A DNA stretch of 17,961 nt from Tubiluchus corallicola (GCA_030141605.1 JAQGDQ010002009.1:1-17961); one strand, 5' to 3'; counted from the stretch's first letter, positions 1-10,650 are shown. Numbers and translations: made by a program. The notes: a model not told the origin generated them from the letters alone.

Positions 1-745
1 CAGGTAATTATACATGATTATTATAAAATAAGAACTAAATCAAAATATTGAATCATTTAGGTATGAATTACACAATTATTACAAAGCACAACAATTGTAA
101 AGTAGTAAACTGTTACATGAAATGGAAGTTAAACTTCTCTTTTAAGTAATCAAAAAAATTAATAATAATAATATTTAACTTACGTATATTGGCTAGCCCT
201 GGCATTTCAACTTAAAGGCATCAGAAAACTGCAGAAACAGGTCACAAGCATTTATGAAATCATTGAATTTGACAAAATTAAGTATAAACAGCTAGCAAAC
301 ACCTAGACAGTGTAACAGTCTACTGTCCTACTGACGTCTGCATAAAACCAGATTAAATCACCTGAGTATATAAGTACAGGCTAACAAATTTAAAACAAGA
401 AATTCATTCAAGGCCTAAAAGGTGGCAGCACATGACGGTATCATTATCCCCAACATGCCTTGTAACTTCTTTTTGAAAGAAAGTGAGGTATCGGCACAGA
501 GATTTTTTTGTATTAAGAATCTTTCTGAATTTTTACAAACACCAAAAATGGAGTTTATACAAAGGTCACGGAGGTTGAATTCATCTGCAAGTCCTACTGT
601 TTGCTATTGTGCAGAAATATGTATATTAACAATGACCAGAGCAAGTCGACTTCGGAACAGGCTAGTCCTATTGTATCAGGTCTTAAACAAAGCTTCAGGC
701 AGCCGGAGTTATTGTAAGGTAGATCTGCTCTAATAGTTCTGCTCC

Positions 746-1075
746 ACTTTACTTTACTATTTTATTATTATTTATTATTATTATTATTATCACATTCAGT
801 ACAATATAATGACATTAAGCACACAGTGACATCAAAATTATTATATCTACTGTATTAAATTGTTATGTTTCATACACTATCGTTATCATAAAAGAATAAT
901 TGTACTGCAGTGGGCTAGAGAAGCAAAGGCTTGTATAAGCCCACTGTCATGTGAACCCGATAAAAAAAGAATGGATGAGTGAACAAAAAAAAGAACTGGG
1001 AGAAAGGTTAGATCACACAGGAAGGGTAGAAGGATGTGTTAGTGGAAACGGTAGGAAGAAAGATAATAGATTGCG
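746..1075 (-). mobile_element. Possible 3' end remnant of a non-LTR retroelement
   Basis: On - strand: pyrimidine-rich tract, stem-loop (CAGTGGGCT/AGCCCACTG 908-946), then an (AAT)n/AATAAA tail. Confidence 0.4.
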
Positions 1076-1912
1076 CTATGTTGACATCAGCTCTAAAGAT
1101 TTATCAATGTTGCCTTGTTTTGCATAATCTGTACCAGGATTGTGGTATGACTGCTGCAGTAGGTGTGGAAATGTTTGCAACAACTTAAAATGTTGCAAAA
1201 TCTTAAATCACCATGGATGCTCCACATAGTGATTATCAGCACAGATGTGAGACCATGATTAAACGTGAGCAGAAAATAGTTGCAAGGAGCGTTAACACTC
1301 TGTTGTCTGTGGTTTTCAAGTGCAACTTTAAGACCAAAAGACCAAATATTTATGACAGACCTCAAACAGGCCATTTGTTATAAGCTCCCCAATGCAAAGT
1401 GTAGTGCTGAAAATGAGCAAACTTCATTCCTAATGCGAAAATGTTCTGTTGTTTTTGTTTACTGCATGCCTCTGTCACCCCCGGTAAATAATGCAACAGC
1501 TGAGCAGTATTGTCAGCCCTCACAAGAGCTACCTAGCGGTGGATGAAAGTCTCCTTTGTTATTAGTTAACTGGTTAGCGGCTAGATTTAACCTGCGTTGC
1601 TTTCATGTAAACTCCATAAAAGTGTCTAGCTTAAATTTAGAACTTCTGGTTGGACAAATTTTAAGGACAGCAGAATTGCATAATTGGGGTTAGTTCTTGC
1701 TTGAAGTATTGTTGAACTTGTGCTTAATCTTACAATCTTATACCTGTGTTTTATAAAAGTTTCATTAGGTGAAAAACGACAAAAATCTTCTGGATATTAT
1801 CCAAGAAATATCTTGACCAGCTTTCAATAAATCAATAAAACTGCCAATACTGTTAATAAATCTTTTTTAGAAATCAGTAACTGACCAATAAGCTTATATC
1901 TCAATAACTTAC

Positions 1913-3856
1913 TGTTGTGGAGATCCACTAGAATTAAATAGAATACTGTAGAATGTTCTATAGTATAGTAAAACAATCTTCTTACCTTGTAGAATGTTCC
2001 ATAGTATAGTAGAACAATCTTCTTACATTGTAGAATGTTCCATAGTATAGTAGAACAATCTTCTTACATTGTAGAATGTTCCATAGTATAGTAGAACAAT
2101 CTTCTTACCTTGTAGAATGTTCCATAGCATAGTAGAACAATCTTCTTACCTTGTAGAATGTTCCATAGTATAGTAGAACAATCTTCTTACCTTGTAGAAT
2201 GTTCCATAGTATAGTAGAACAATCTTCTTACCTTGTAGAATGTTCCATAGTATAGTAGAACAATCTTCTTACCTTGTAGAATGTTCCATAGTATAGTAGA
2301 ACAATCTTCTTACCTTGTAGAATGTTCCATAGTATAGTAGAACAATCTTCTTACCTTGTAGAATGTTCTATAGTATAGTAGAACAATCTTCTTACCTTGT
2401 AGAATGTTCTATAGTATAGTAGAACAATCTTCTTACCTTGTAGAATGTTCTATAGTATAGTAGAACAATCTTCTTACCTTGTAGAATGTTCCATAGTATA
2501 GTAGAACAATCTTCTTACCTTGTAGAATGTTCCATAGTATAGTAGAACAATCTTCTTACCTTGTAGAATGTTCCATAGTATAGTAGAACAATCTTCTTAC
2601 CTTGTAGAATGTTCCATAGTATAGTAGAACAATCTTCTTACCTTGTAGAATGTTCCATAGTATAGTAGAACAATCTTCTTACCTTGTAGAATGTTCCATA
2701 GTATAGTAGAACAATCTTCTTACCTTGTAGAATGTTCCATAGTATAGTAGAACAATCTTCTTACCTTGTAGAATGTTCCATAGTATAGTAGAACAATCTT
2801 CTTACCTTGTAGAATGTTCCATAGTATAGTAGAACAATCTTCTTACCTTGTAGAATGTTCTATAGTATAGTTGAACAATCTTCTTACCTTGTAGAATGTT
2901 CTATAGTATAGTTGAACAATCTTCTTAGCTTGTAGAATGTTCTATAGTTTAGTAGAACAATCTTCTTACCTTGTAGAATGTTCCATAGCATAGTAGAACA
3001 ATCTTCTTACCTCGTAGAATGTTCCATAGTATAGTAGAACAATCTTCTTACCTTGTAGAATGTTCCATAGTATAGTAGAACAAGCTTCTTAGCTTGTAGA
3101 ATGTTCCATAGTATAGTAGAACAACTTCTTACTTGTAGAATGTTCCATAGTATAGTAGAACAACTTCTTACTTGTAGAATGTTCCATAGTATAGTAGAAC
3201 AATCTTCTTACCTTGTAGAATGTTCCATAGCATAGTAGAACAATCTTCTTACCTCGTAGAATGTTCCATAGTATAGTAGAACAAGCTTCTTACCTTGTAG
3301 AATGTTCCATAGTATAGTAGAACAATCTTCTTAGCTTGTAGAATGTTCCATAGTATAGTAGAACAATCTTCTTACCTTGTAGAATGTTCCATAGTATAGT
3401 AGAACAATCTTCTTACCTTGTAGAATGTTCCATAGTATAGTAGAACAATCTTCTTACCTTGTAGAATGTTCCATAGTATAGTAGAACAATCTTCTTAGCT
3501 TGTAGAATGTTCCATAGTATAGTAGAACAATCTTCTTACCTTGTAGAATGTTCCATAGTATAGTAGAACAATCTTCTTACCTTGTAGTAGTTACGAGAAC
3601 TTTCTATTTCTAGATTGTTCCTTTTGCACTGATATATAAGGCGGAGCTGGCCGCTGAAGTCGATTCTCTCACATTCTCTCGTATTCTCAGATTTTCAGAT
3701 TCGCTTTCACGTTTCCAGATTATCACATTTACTGTAAACATTTTGCATTTCTTCATACTTTTGTGATGTAGAATTCCTGTATAATAAACTAGTTTAATTT
3801 GATGAAGTGTTTTCTTGTTTTTTCTACGAGCTTTTCAAGAGAAACAAAACACAACA
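1913..3856 (+). mobile_element. Solo LTR with an expanded internal tandem array
   Basis: Termini TGTTGTG...CACAACA (7-bp inverted repeat, TG..CA); flanks CTTAC (1908-12) and CTTGC (3857-61) form a 5-bp TSD with one mismatch; TATATAA 3633-39 and AATAAA 3783-88 are in LTR order. Confidence 0.75.
1947..3587. repeat. 41-bp minisatellite, about 40 copies (TGTAGAATGTTCCATAGTATAGTAGAACAATCTTCTTACCT)
   Basis: Head-to-tail near-identical units, period 41; two 39-bp variants near 3120-3180; no spacers. Confidence 0.98.
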
Positions 3857-3922
3857 CTTGCTGATGAAATTACTCAAACTTTTGGTGTTTATCACATCAT
3901 TCATATAAACTCTTATTTTTAG

Positions 3923-4035
3923 GTGACCCTCAACTGTCATCCAATGTTACCGTAGAGTTTTTCATTGAAGATGTGAATCTGAATAAACCGGTGTGGCAGC
4001 CGCCTACGCCAACGGATACGGTGAAAAAATACATT
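3923..4035 (+). CDS. Cadherin exon: (G)DPQLSSNVTVEFFIEDVNLNKPVWQPPTPTDTVKKYI
   Basis: Acceptor ttattttt-AG 3921-22, donor GTAAGT 4036; phase 1 to 0; typical EC-repeat end. Confidence 0.9.
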
Positions 4036-4255
4036 GTAAGTGGGTTAATGTTATGCTTTTATTTCATGCTTACATGTATTAGTTTTATATAATTGATTGA
4101 ATTGTTTAAAGTAATATGTAGTTGATTTTTTATTGTCAGCACATGAAACAATGATTGGAAACAAATTCCATTAATTCCATGATTTAATAAACAATTCACT
4201 TTGAACTTTGTTTGTTTAAAGGAAGACAAACGATTTTTCATATCCTATTTCATTT

Positions 4256-6769
4256 AGAAGTACCACTAGAACATACATTTTAACATCTATAATAATGCCA
4301 AGAAGCACCACAAGAACTTACGTTTTAACATCTATAATAATTCCAAGAAGTACCACAAGAACTTACGTTTTAACATCTATAATAAGGCCAAGAAGTACCA
4401 CAAGAACTTACGTTTTAACATCTATAATAAGGCCAAGAAGTACCACAAGAACTTACGTTTTAACATCTATAATAATGCCAAGAAGTACCACAAGAACTTA
4501 CATTTTAACATCTATAATAAGGCCAAGAAGTACCACAAGAACTTACGTTTTAACATCTATAATAATGCCAAGAAGTACCACAAGAACTTACGTTTTAACA
4601 TCTATAATAAGGCCAAGAAGTACCACAAGAACTTACGTTTTAACATCTATAATAATGCCAAGAAGTACTACAAGAACTTACGTTTTAACATCTATAATAA
4701 TGCCAAGAAGCACCACAAGAACTTACATTTTAACATCTATAATAATGCCAAGAAGTACCACAAGAACTTACGTTTTAACATCTATAATAATGCCAAGAAG
4801 CACCACAAGAACTTATGTTTTAACATCTATAATAATGCCAAGAAGTACCACAAAACACAAACACAAAAACCAAACACCACAAAACAACACAAAAAACAAA
4901 CCACAAGAACTTACGTTTTAACATCTATAATAATGCCAAGAAGCACCACAAGAACTTATGTTTTAACATCTATAATAATGCCAAGAAGTACCACAAGAAC
5001 TTACATTTTAATATCTATAATAATGCCAAGAAGCACCACAAGAACTTACGTTTTAACATCTATAATAATGCCAAGAAGTACCACAAGAACTTACGTTTTA
5101 ACATCTATAATAATGCCAAGAAGCACCACAAGAACTTACGTTTTAACATCTATAATAATGCCAAGAAGTACCACAAGAACTTACGTTTTAACATCTATAA
5201 TAATGCCAAGAAGTACCACAAGAACTTACGTTTTAACATCTATAATAATGCCAAGAAGTACCACAAGAACTTACATTTTAACATCTATAATAATGCCAAG
5301 AAGCACCACAAGAACTTATGTTTTAGCATCTATAATAAAGCCAAGAAGTACCACAAGAACTTACGTTTTAACATCTATAATAATGCCAAGAAGTACCACA
5401 AGAACTTACGTTTTAACATCTATAATAATGCCAAGAAGCACCACAAGAACTTATGTTTTAACATCTATAATAACGCCAAGAAGTACCACAAGAACTTACA
5501 TTTTAATATCTATAATAATGCCAAGAAGCACCACAAGAACTTACGTTTTAACATCAATAATAATGCCAAGAAGCACCACAAGAACTTACGTTTTAACATC
5601 AATAATAATGCCAAGAAGTACCACAAGAACTTACATTTTAACATCTATAATAATGCCAAGAAGCACCACAAGAACTTATGTTTTAACATCTATAATAATG
5701 CCAAGAAGTACCACAAGAACTTACATTTTAACATCTATAATAATGCCAAGAAGCACCACAAGAACTTATGTTTTAGCATCTATAATAAAGCCAAGAAGCA
5801 CCACAAGAACTTACGTTTTAACATCAATAATAACGCCAAGAAGTACCACAAGAACTTACGTTTTAACAACTATAATAATGCCAAGAAGTACCACAAGAAC
5901 TTACATTTTAACATCTATAATAATGCCAGGAAGTACCACAAGAACTTACGTTTTAACATCTATAATAATACCAATAAGTACCACAAGAACTTACGTTTTA
6001 ACATCTATAATAATTCCAAGAAGTGCCACAAGAACTTACGTTATAACATCTATAATAATTCCAAGAAGCGCCACAAGAACTTACATTTTAACATCTATAA
6101 TAATGCCAAGAAGTACCATAAGAACTTACATTTTAACATCTATAATAGTGCCAAGAAGCACCACAAGACCTTACGTTTTAACATCAATAATAATGCCAAG
6201 AAGTACCATAAGAACTTACGTTTTAACATCAATAATAATGCCAAGAAGCACCACAAGAATCTACATGTTAACATCAATAATAATGCCAAGAAGTACCCTA
6301 AGAACTTACATTTTAACATCTATAATAATGCCAAGAAGCACCACAAGAACTTATGTTTTAGCATCTATAATAAAGCCAAGAAGCACCACAAGAACTTACG
6401 TTTTAACATCAATAATAATGCCAAGAAGTACCACAAGAACTTACGTTTTAACAACTATAATAATGCCAAGAAGTACCACAAGAACTTACATTTTAACATC
6501 TATAATAATGCCAGGAAGTACCACAAGAACTTACGTTTTAACATCTATAATAATACCAAGAAGTACCACAAGAACTTACGTTTTAACATCTATAATAATT
6601 CCAAGAAGTACCACAAGAACTTACGTTTTAACACCTATAATAATGCCAAGAAGTACCACAAGAACTTACGTTTTAACACCTATAATAATGCCAAGAAGCA
6701 CCACTAGACCTTACATAAGGCCAAGAAGTACCACGAGAACTTAAGTTTTAACATCTATAATAATGCCAA
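4256..6769. repeat. 45-bp intronic minisatellite, about 55 copies (CCAAGAAGTACCACAAGAACTTACGTTTTAACATCTATAATAATG)
   Basis: Period 45 = 15 codons, which explains the repetitive ORFs 4295..4921 and 4933..6744. Confidence 0.98.
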
Positions 6770-7288
6770 AGTATTTCTAATAATTAGGAACTTAGAAACT
6801 TGATTAACAGGTGGTGAACATAACTAGCAATGAAGTCACATATGAACACAATTTTAAAATGGCAAAAATATTCCATGAGCAGGTTGTGGGAGTTTAATTA
6901 AGCGAAAATTCATATGCAGTGCTGTGAAAGTTGATGTACGATGCTACTGTAGTGTACTGACTTAGACTTGCACTAAATCTGCAGATTTTAGTTCAAATCT
7001 TACAGCTGTGCCATTGATTTTACCACAAATGGGTGCCATGTCAAAACTGAACTGCGAGGTACAGCGCCTGTTTTTTGCAGAAAGAGTTTGCATGTAGCTG
7101 CAAAAAACTGAGCAAACTTGAAATTAAACTTCTATGGAAATAATTCTTTCGCATAAATGCTTCTTGAAGAAACAGTGTTTTCCTTGTAATGTTTTAGACA
7201 TTTGATATATTTTTAGCTACATTTTACGACAAAGTTTGATTTTCCTTTAATGTACTGTAATTAATATGTAATCTGTACTTTTTTATAG

Positions 7289-7474
7289 GATGAACTTTCA
7301 CCTGGTTCAGTAGCATTTCAGATTTACGCTGTAGATGATTTGGATCATGATGAAAATGCCGAAGTTGAGTACAGAATTTTGGAAAATGGTCACCACACGT
7401 ATTTCAACCTTGTATCTGGTCCTGGGATTCGTGACGTCACAGTGGCTAAAGAACTTAGCGAGATTTATTATTAC
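7289..7474 (+). CDS. Cadherin exon: DELSPGSVAFQIYAVDDLDHDENAEVEYRILENGHHTYFNLVSGPGIRDVTVAKELSEIYYY
   Basis: Acceptor tttttat-AG 7287-88, donor GTACGT 7475; 186 nt, phase 0 to 0; A.D.D...NA.V.Y.I motif; overlaps ORF 7340..7531. Confidence 0.85.
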
Positions 7475-7605
7475 GTACGTTTAATAGCTAAATTGGAATT
7501 TCCTGGTGTTAAGTATGCACGGTTGCACTAATCTTTTATCTTTCTTTTCCGCTTCAAATTCAAACTTGTAAATAAATGTTTAACCCAATCTGCTAAAAAA
7601 GCAAT

Positions 7606-8149
7606 AGTCCAAGTAATGGCTTGAGCATTCTAAACAAGGTGTTTTTTGTGTATTTAGGTGCAAGTAATGGCCCCCGAGCCACGTATTCTAAACAAGTACT
7701 TAGGTACAGGTAATGGCTCGAGCCAAGTATTCTAAACAAGGTGTTTTTTGTGTACTTAAGTACAGGTAGCCACGCATTTTAAACAAGGTGTTTTTGTGTA
7801 CTTGGGTACAGGTAGCCACGTATTCTAAACAAGGTGTTTTTTGTGTACTTCGGTACAGGTAGCCACGTATTTTAAACAAGGTGTTTTTTGTGTACTTGGG
7901 TACAGGTAGCCACGCATTTTAAACAAGGTGTTTTTGTGTACTTGGGTACAGGTAGCCACGCATTTTAAACAAGGTGTTTTTTGTGTACTTCGGTACAGGT
8001 AGCCACGTATTCTAAACAAGGTGTTTTTCATGTACTTAGGTACAGGTAGCCATGCATTCTAAACAAGGTGTTTTTCATGTACTTAGGTACAGGTAGCCAC
8101 GTATTCTAAACAAGGTGTTTTTCTTGTACTTAGGTGCAAGTAATGGCTC
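7606..8149. repeat. 46-47-bp minisatellite, about 11 copies, derived from the splice acceptor of exon 8134-8256
   Basis: Unit CACGTATTCTAAACAAGGTGTTTTTTGTGTACTTAGGTACAGGTAGC; the last unit contains the real acceptor. Confidence 0.92.
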
Positions 8150-8256
8150 AAGATTGTCCATCCTGTGAACCAGATGGTCAACTTTCTATCGAACGCAACA
8201 TCACGATTAGAGTTGTTTATGATGAACTAGAGATTCCAACATTCGACAGGAATGAT
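8134..8256 (+). CDS. Cadherin exon: VQVMAQDCPSCEPDGQLSIERNITIRVVYDELEIPTFDRND
   Basis: Acceptor ttcttgtactt-AG 8132-33, donor GTAAGT 8257; 123 nt; completes Y.V.V.A.D with the previous exon. Confidence 0.85.
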
Positions 8257-8882
8257 GTAAGTGGTTAGAGGTTTAAAGGAAAACCGGATGATTGATTAGA
8301 CTCAATCTCATTTTAATTTACTGTCCAAAATATGCATTTTTTACCTATTAAAGTTAACAATTTTTCTAATATCTGAATAACAAGCTTGAAAAGTTAATTA
8401 AAGACAACTGAATACAGCTGTCACTTACGTCACAAACTAACCACAGTCAGATTATCCTCATTCTCGCGTATTGAGTCAAATGACCTCACTTTGAAGGCAA
8501 GAAGTGCAAAGAGTGGACCAAGTGCAATGAATCTGCCATTTTGATATAAATTTTCTTATTTGTGATATAAGAATACCACAGTTGTGTGTTTAAATGCAGT
8601 GCAATCAATCGGAGCAGTTACTTCGTGGCAATAAAGACCTCACATTAAACTAAGCATTGTTGTTTGGGTATCATCTCAATATATCAAACGAGTTTGGATT
8701 CATGTATTTTGGACTTGTATTGTGGTCCACAAAAGCCTTGATGATTCAAGGATGAATTTGTGACTATAGATTCACAAGTAGATAATAGAAAATAGTTTCC
8801 TATCGACCGATGGTAAAACTCGCATAAATTCGTACTTGAACCCTGGACCCATTGGCCGCTGTCAACATTACAATATTCACAT

Positions 8883-9385
8883 CTTCTTCTTCCCAACTTT
8901 TCCCTATTCGGGGTCGCCGTTGTGAATGGGTCTTTTCCACGCATTCCTGTTGTTGACCATCTCTTCATTTATGTCTTCCCTTCCCACATGATCTTCACCG
9001 ACTCTTCTTTTCAGGTGTCCGTACCATCGCAATCTTGCGAGGCTTCCACTACTTTTACTGTTCCTCTGATATTATTATTTCTAATTTTATCTCTTCTTGT
9101 TATTCCCAACATCCATCTCAACATCCTCATCTCCACCACACCCATTTTCTTCTCTTCAGTCTTCTTTAGAGAAGCTGCTTCCAGCCCATAGATTAGAGCG
9201 GGTCTGACCATTTCTTCGTGGACTTTACCTTTAAGTCTCACCGACTCATTCATAGAAGGTTTTGGCGCACTTTTTGCAGGCGGATGCTCTTCCTGACCCT
9301 AACCCTCCCTATTTATCCGGGCTTGGGACCGGCACTGAGTTGGGCTGGCTTGCCTACGCCATCCCCCCCCCCCAGTGGCTAGCTT
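8883..9385 (-). mobile_element. Non-autonomous, internally deleted RTE-clade LINE derivative (503 bp)
   Basis: 19-bp TSD AACATTACAATATTCACAT (8864-82, 9386-9404); 3' (GAA)n tail; RTE C-terminal peptides VRPALIYGLE..EMRMLRWMLGITRRDKIRN..IR and, after a frameshift, RLRWYGH..NRNAWKR..GDPE*. Confidence 0.92.
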
Positions 9386-9386
9386 A
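9299..9386 (-). ncRNA. Twister ribozyme (P1-type layout; native 5' P1 strand missing) at the 5' end of the RTE derivative
   Basis: - strand reads U|AA GCUA GCC [ACUG..CAGU hairpin] GCCGGUCCCAAGCCCGG AUAAA UAGG GAGGG UUAG, matching the conserved twister core UAA-P2-GCC...GCCGGUCCCAAGCCCGG...GAGGG. Confidence 0.85.
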
Positions 9387-9564
9387 ACATTACAATATTC
9401 ACATATTGACTATAATAACTGCAAACAGAACTTACATAAATCACAATTCTGTGTAACAACTTGGCATTTCTACAATTATGCATAAATATATTCAATAGTT
9501 TATACGTAGTACTTCTACGAGGGATTCAAAGTTTATAAAATTCATCATTTGTGTTACTTTGCAG

Positions 9565-9691
9565 GTGCCTCCAGATCTGGAGTTGGAGGAGCATACAGCA
9601 GTTCCATACGTCTTAGACAAGAGCGGAAATCTTCCTCCGGCTTCTTATATTGATGATGAAGTTGACGATAGTATTTGCTATGATGTTGTAG
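9565..9691 (+). CDS. Cadherin exon: VPPDLELEEHTAVPYVLDKSGNLPPASYIDDEVDDSICYDVV(G)
   Basis: Acceptor actttgc-AG 9563-64, donor GTGAGT 9692; phase 0 to 1; open frame. Confidence 0.85.
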
Positions 9692-9917
9692 GTGAGTAAA
9701 ATGGTTTCGCATTCAATTACTGCAGTTAAGTAATGAACACTGTCAACTCTGGTCATCCAGCTAGGTGGCACTACAATCGCACTTGTGGCATACTGCTAAT
9801 GAAAACACCAGTTGAAATAGTTGTTGTAGTTTTGTGATCAGATATGTGTATTTTGAATGTTATTTTAAACTTTTAACACTAGATGGAGACACTGGTATTT
9901 ATTTTTTATTACAATAG

Positions 9918-10028
9918 GTGGAGACACAGGTAATCAATTCAGAGCCGATGCTGTAGGAGACGGGAAGGAAAGATGGAACTTGACAAATGTCGTTGAAACG
10001 GACAGAGAAATAATCGAGAATTACGAGT
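9918..10028 (+). CDS. Cadherin exon: (G)GDTGNQFRADAVGDGKERWNLTNVVETDREIIENYE(L)
   Basis: Acceptor AG 9916-17, donor GTAAGA 10029; phase 1 to 1; DRE...Y motif. Confidence 0.88.
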
Positions 10029-10208
10029 GTAAGATTTTTTTGTAGAAGTTACTCCACTGAAAGTATATCCGTTTTATGAGTTTGAATTTCTGATATCGAA
10101 AAGCTTAAACTTAGTCCATATTTTTTGAAGAATAGGGTAATTAAAAACTAAAAACTAAACTCAGATTTTTTTGTATTTTTTAACTTGTTTTTACCAAATC
10201 AAATCGCA

Positions 10209-10490
10209 TGTATTAAATTTTGCTTTAAAAGGGATAAGTGTATTATAAAATTTTGTTTTAAAAGGGGTAAATGTATTATAAAATTTTGTTTTAAAAGGGA
10301 TAAGTATATTATAAAATTATGTTTTAAAAGGGGTAAGTATATTATAAAATTTTGTTTTAAAAGGGATAAGTATATTATAAAATTTTGTTTTAAAAGGGAT
10401 AAGTATATTATAAAATTTTGTTTTAAAAGGGGTAAGTGTATTATAAAATTATGTTTTAAAAGGTTTAAATGTATTATAAAATTTTGTTTT
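10209..10490. repeat. 33-bp AT-rich minisatellite, about 8.5 copies (TATTATAAAATTTTGTTTTAAAAGGGATAAGTA)
   Basis: Period 33; explains the spurious ORFs 10185..10496 and 10199..10501. Confidence 0.95.
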
Positions 10491-10650
10491 TCATAGATCA
10501 TCTGTTGACCGTTTAGTGATACAGCAGCACATAAAAATCTTTTCTTATCCGTTTCTTTCCTAAAGTTTCTGTTTTTCTCTTTCTTTCTCGGTCATTAAAT
10601 CGCGCATCACTTTTTTGGAAGTGGTCTTATCTGTGGCTCTTGTTTTTCAG

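Noticed and set aside
422-1546. ORFs 422..733, 1093..1374 and 1280..1546, or extra cadherin exons
   Set aside because: No recognisable motifs; the phase-1 donor at position 4 already matches the exon at 3923.
1981-3583. Antisense donor motif AAG|GTAAGA in every 41-bp unit
   Set aside because: It is on the strand opposite the host gene, with no supporting antisense exon.
1947-3587. CRISPR array
   Set aside because: Units are directly head-to-tail with no unique spacers, there are no cas genes, and the context is a eukaryotic intron.
4295-6744. 208-aa and 603-aa ORFs of (MPRSTTRTYVLTSII)n as a repeat protein
   Set aside because: A 45-bp unit without a stop in one frame gives such ORFs automatically; they lie in a cadherin intron and have no unique termini.
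7825-8031. 68-aa minus-strand ORF
   Set aside because: It is a translation of the 46/47-bp minisatellite.
10185-10501. Overlapping ORFs on both strands
   Set aside because: They are products of the 33-bp tandem repeat.
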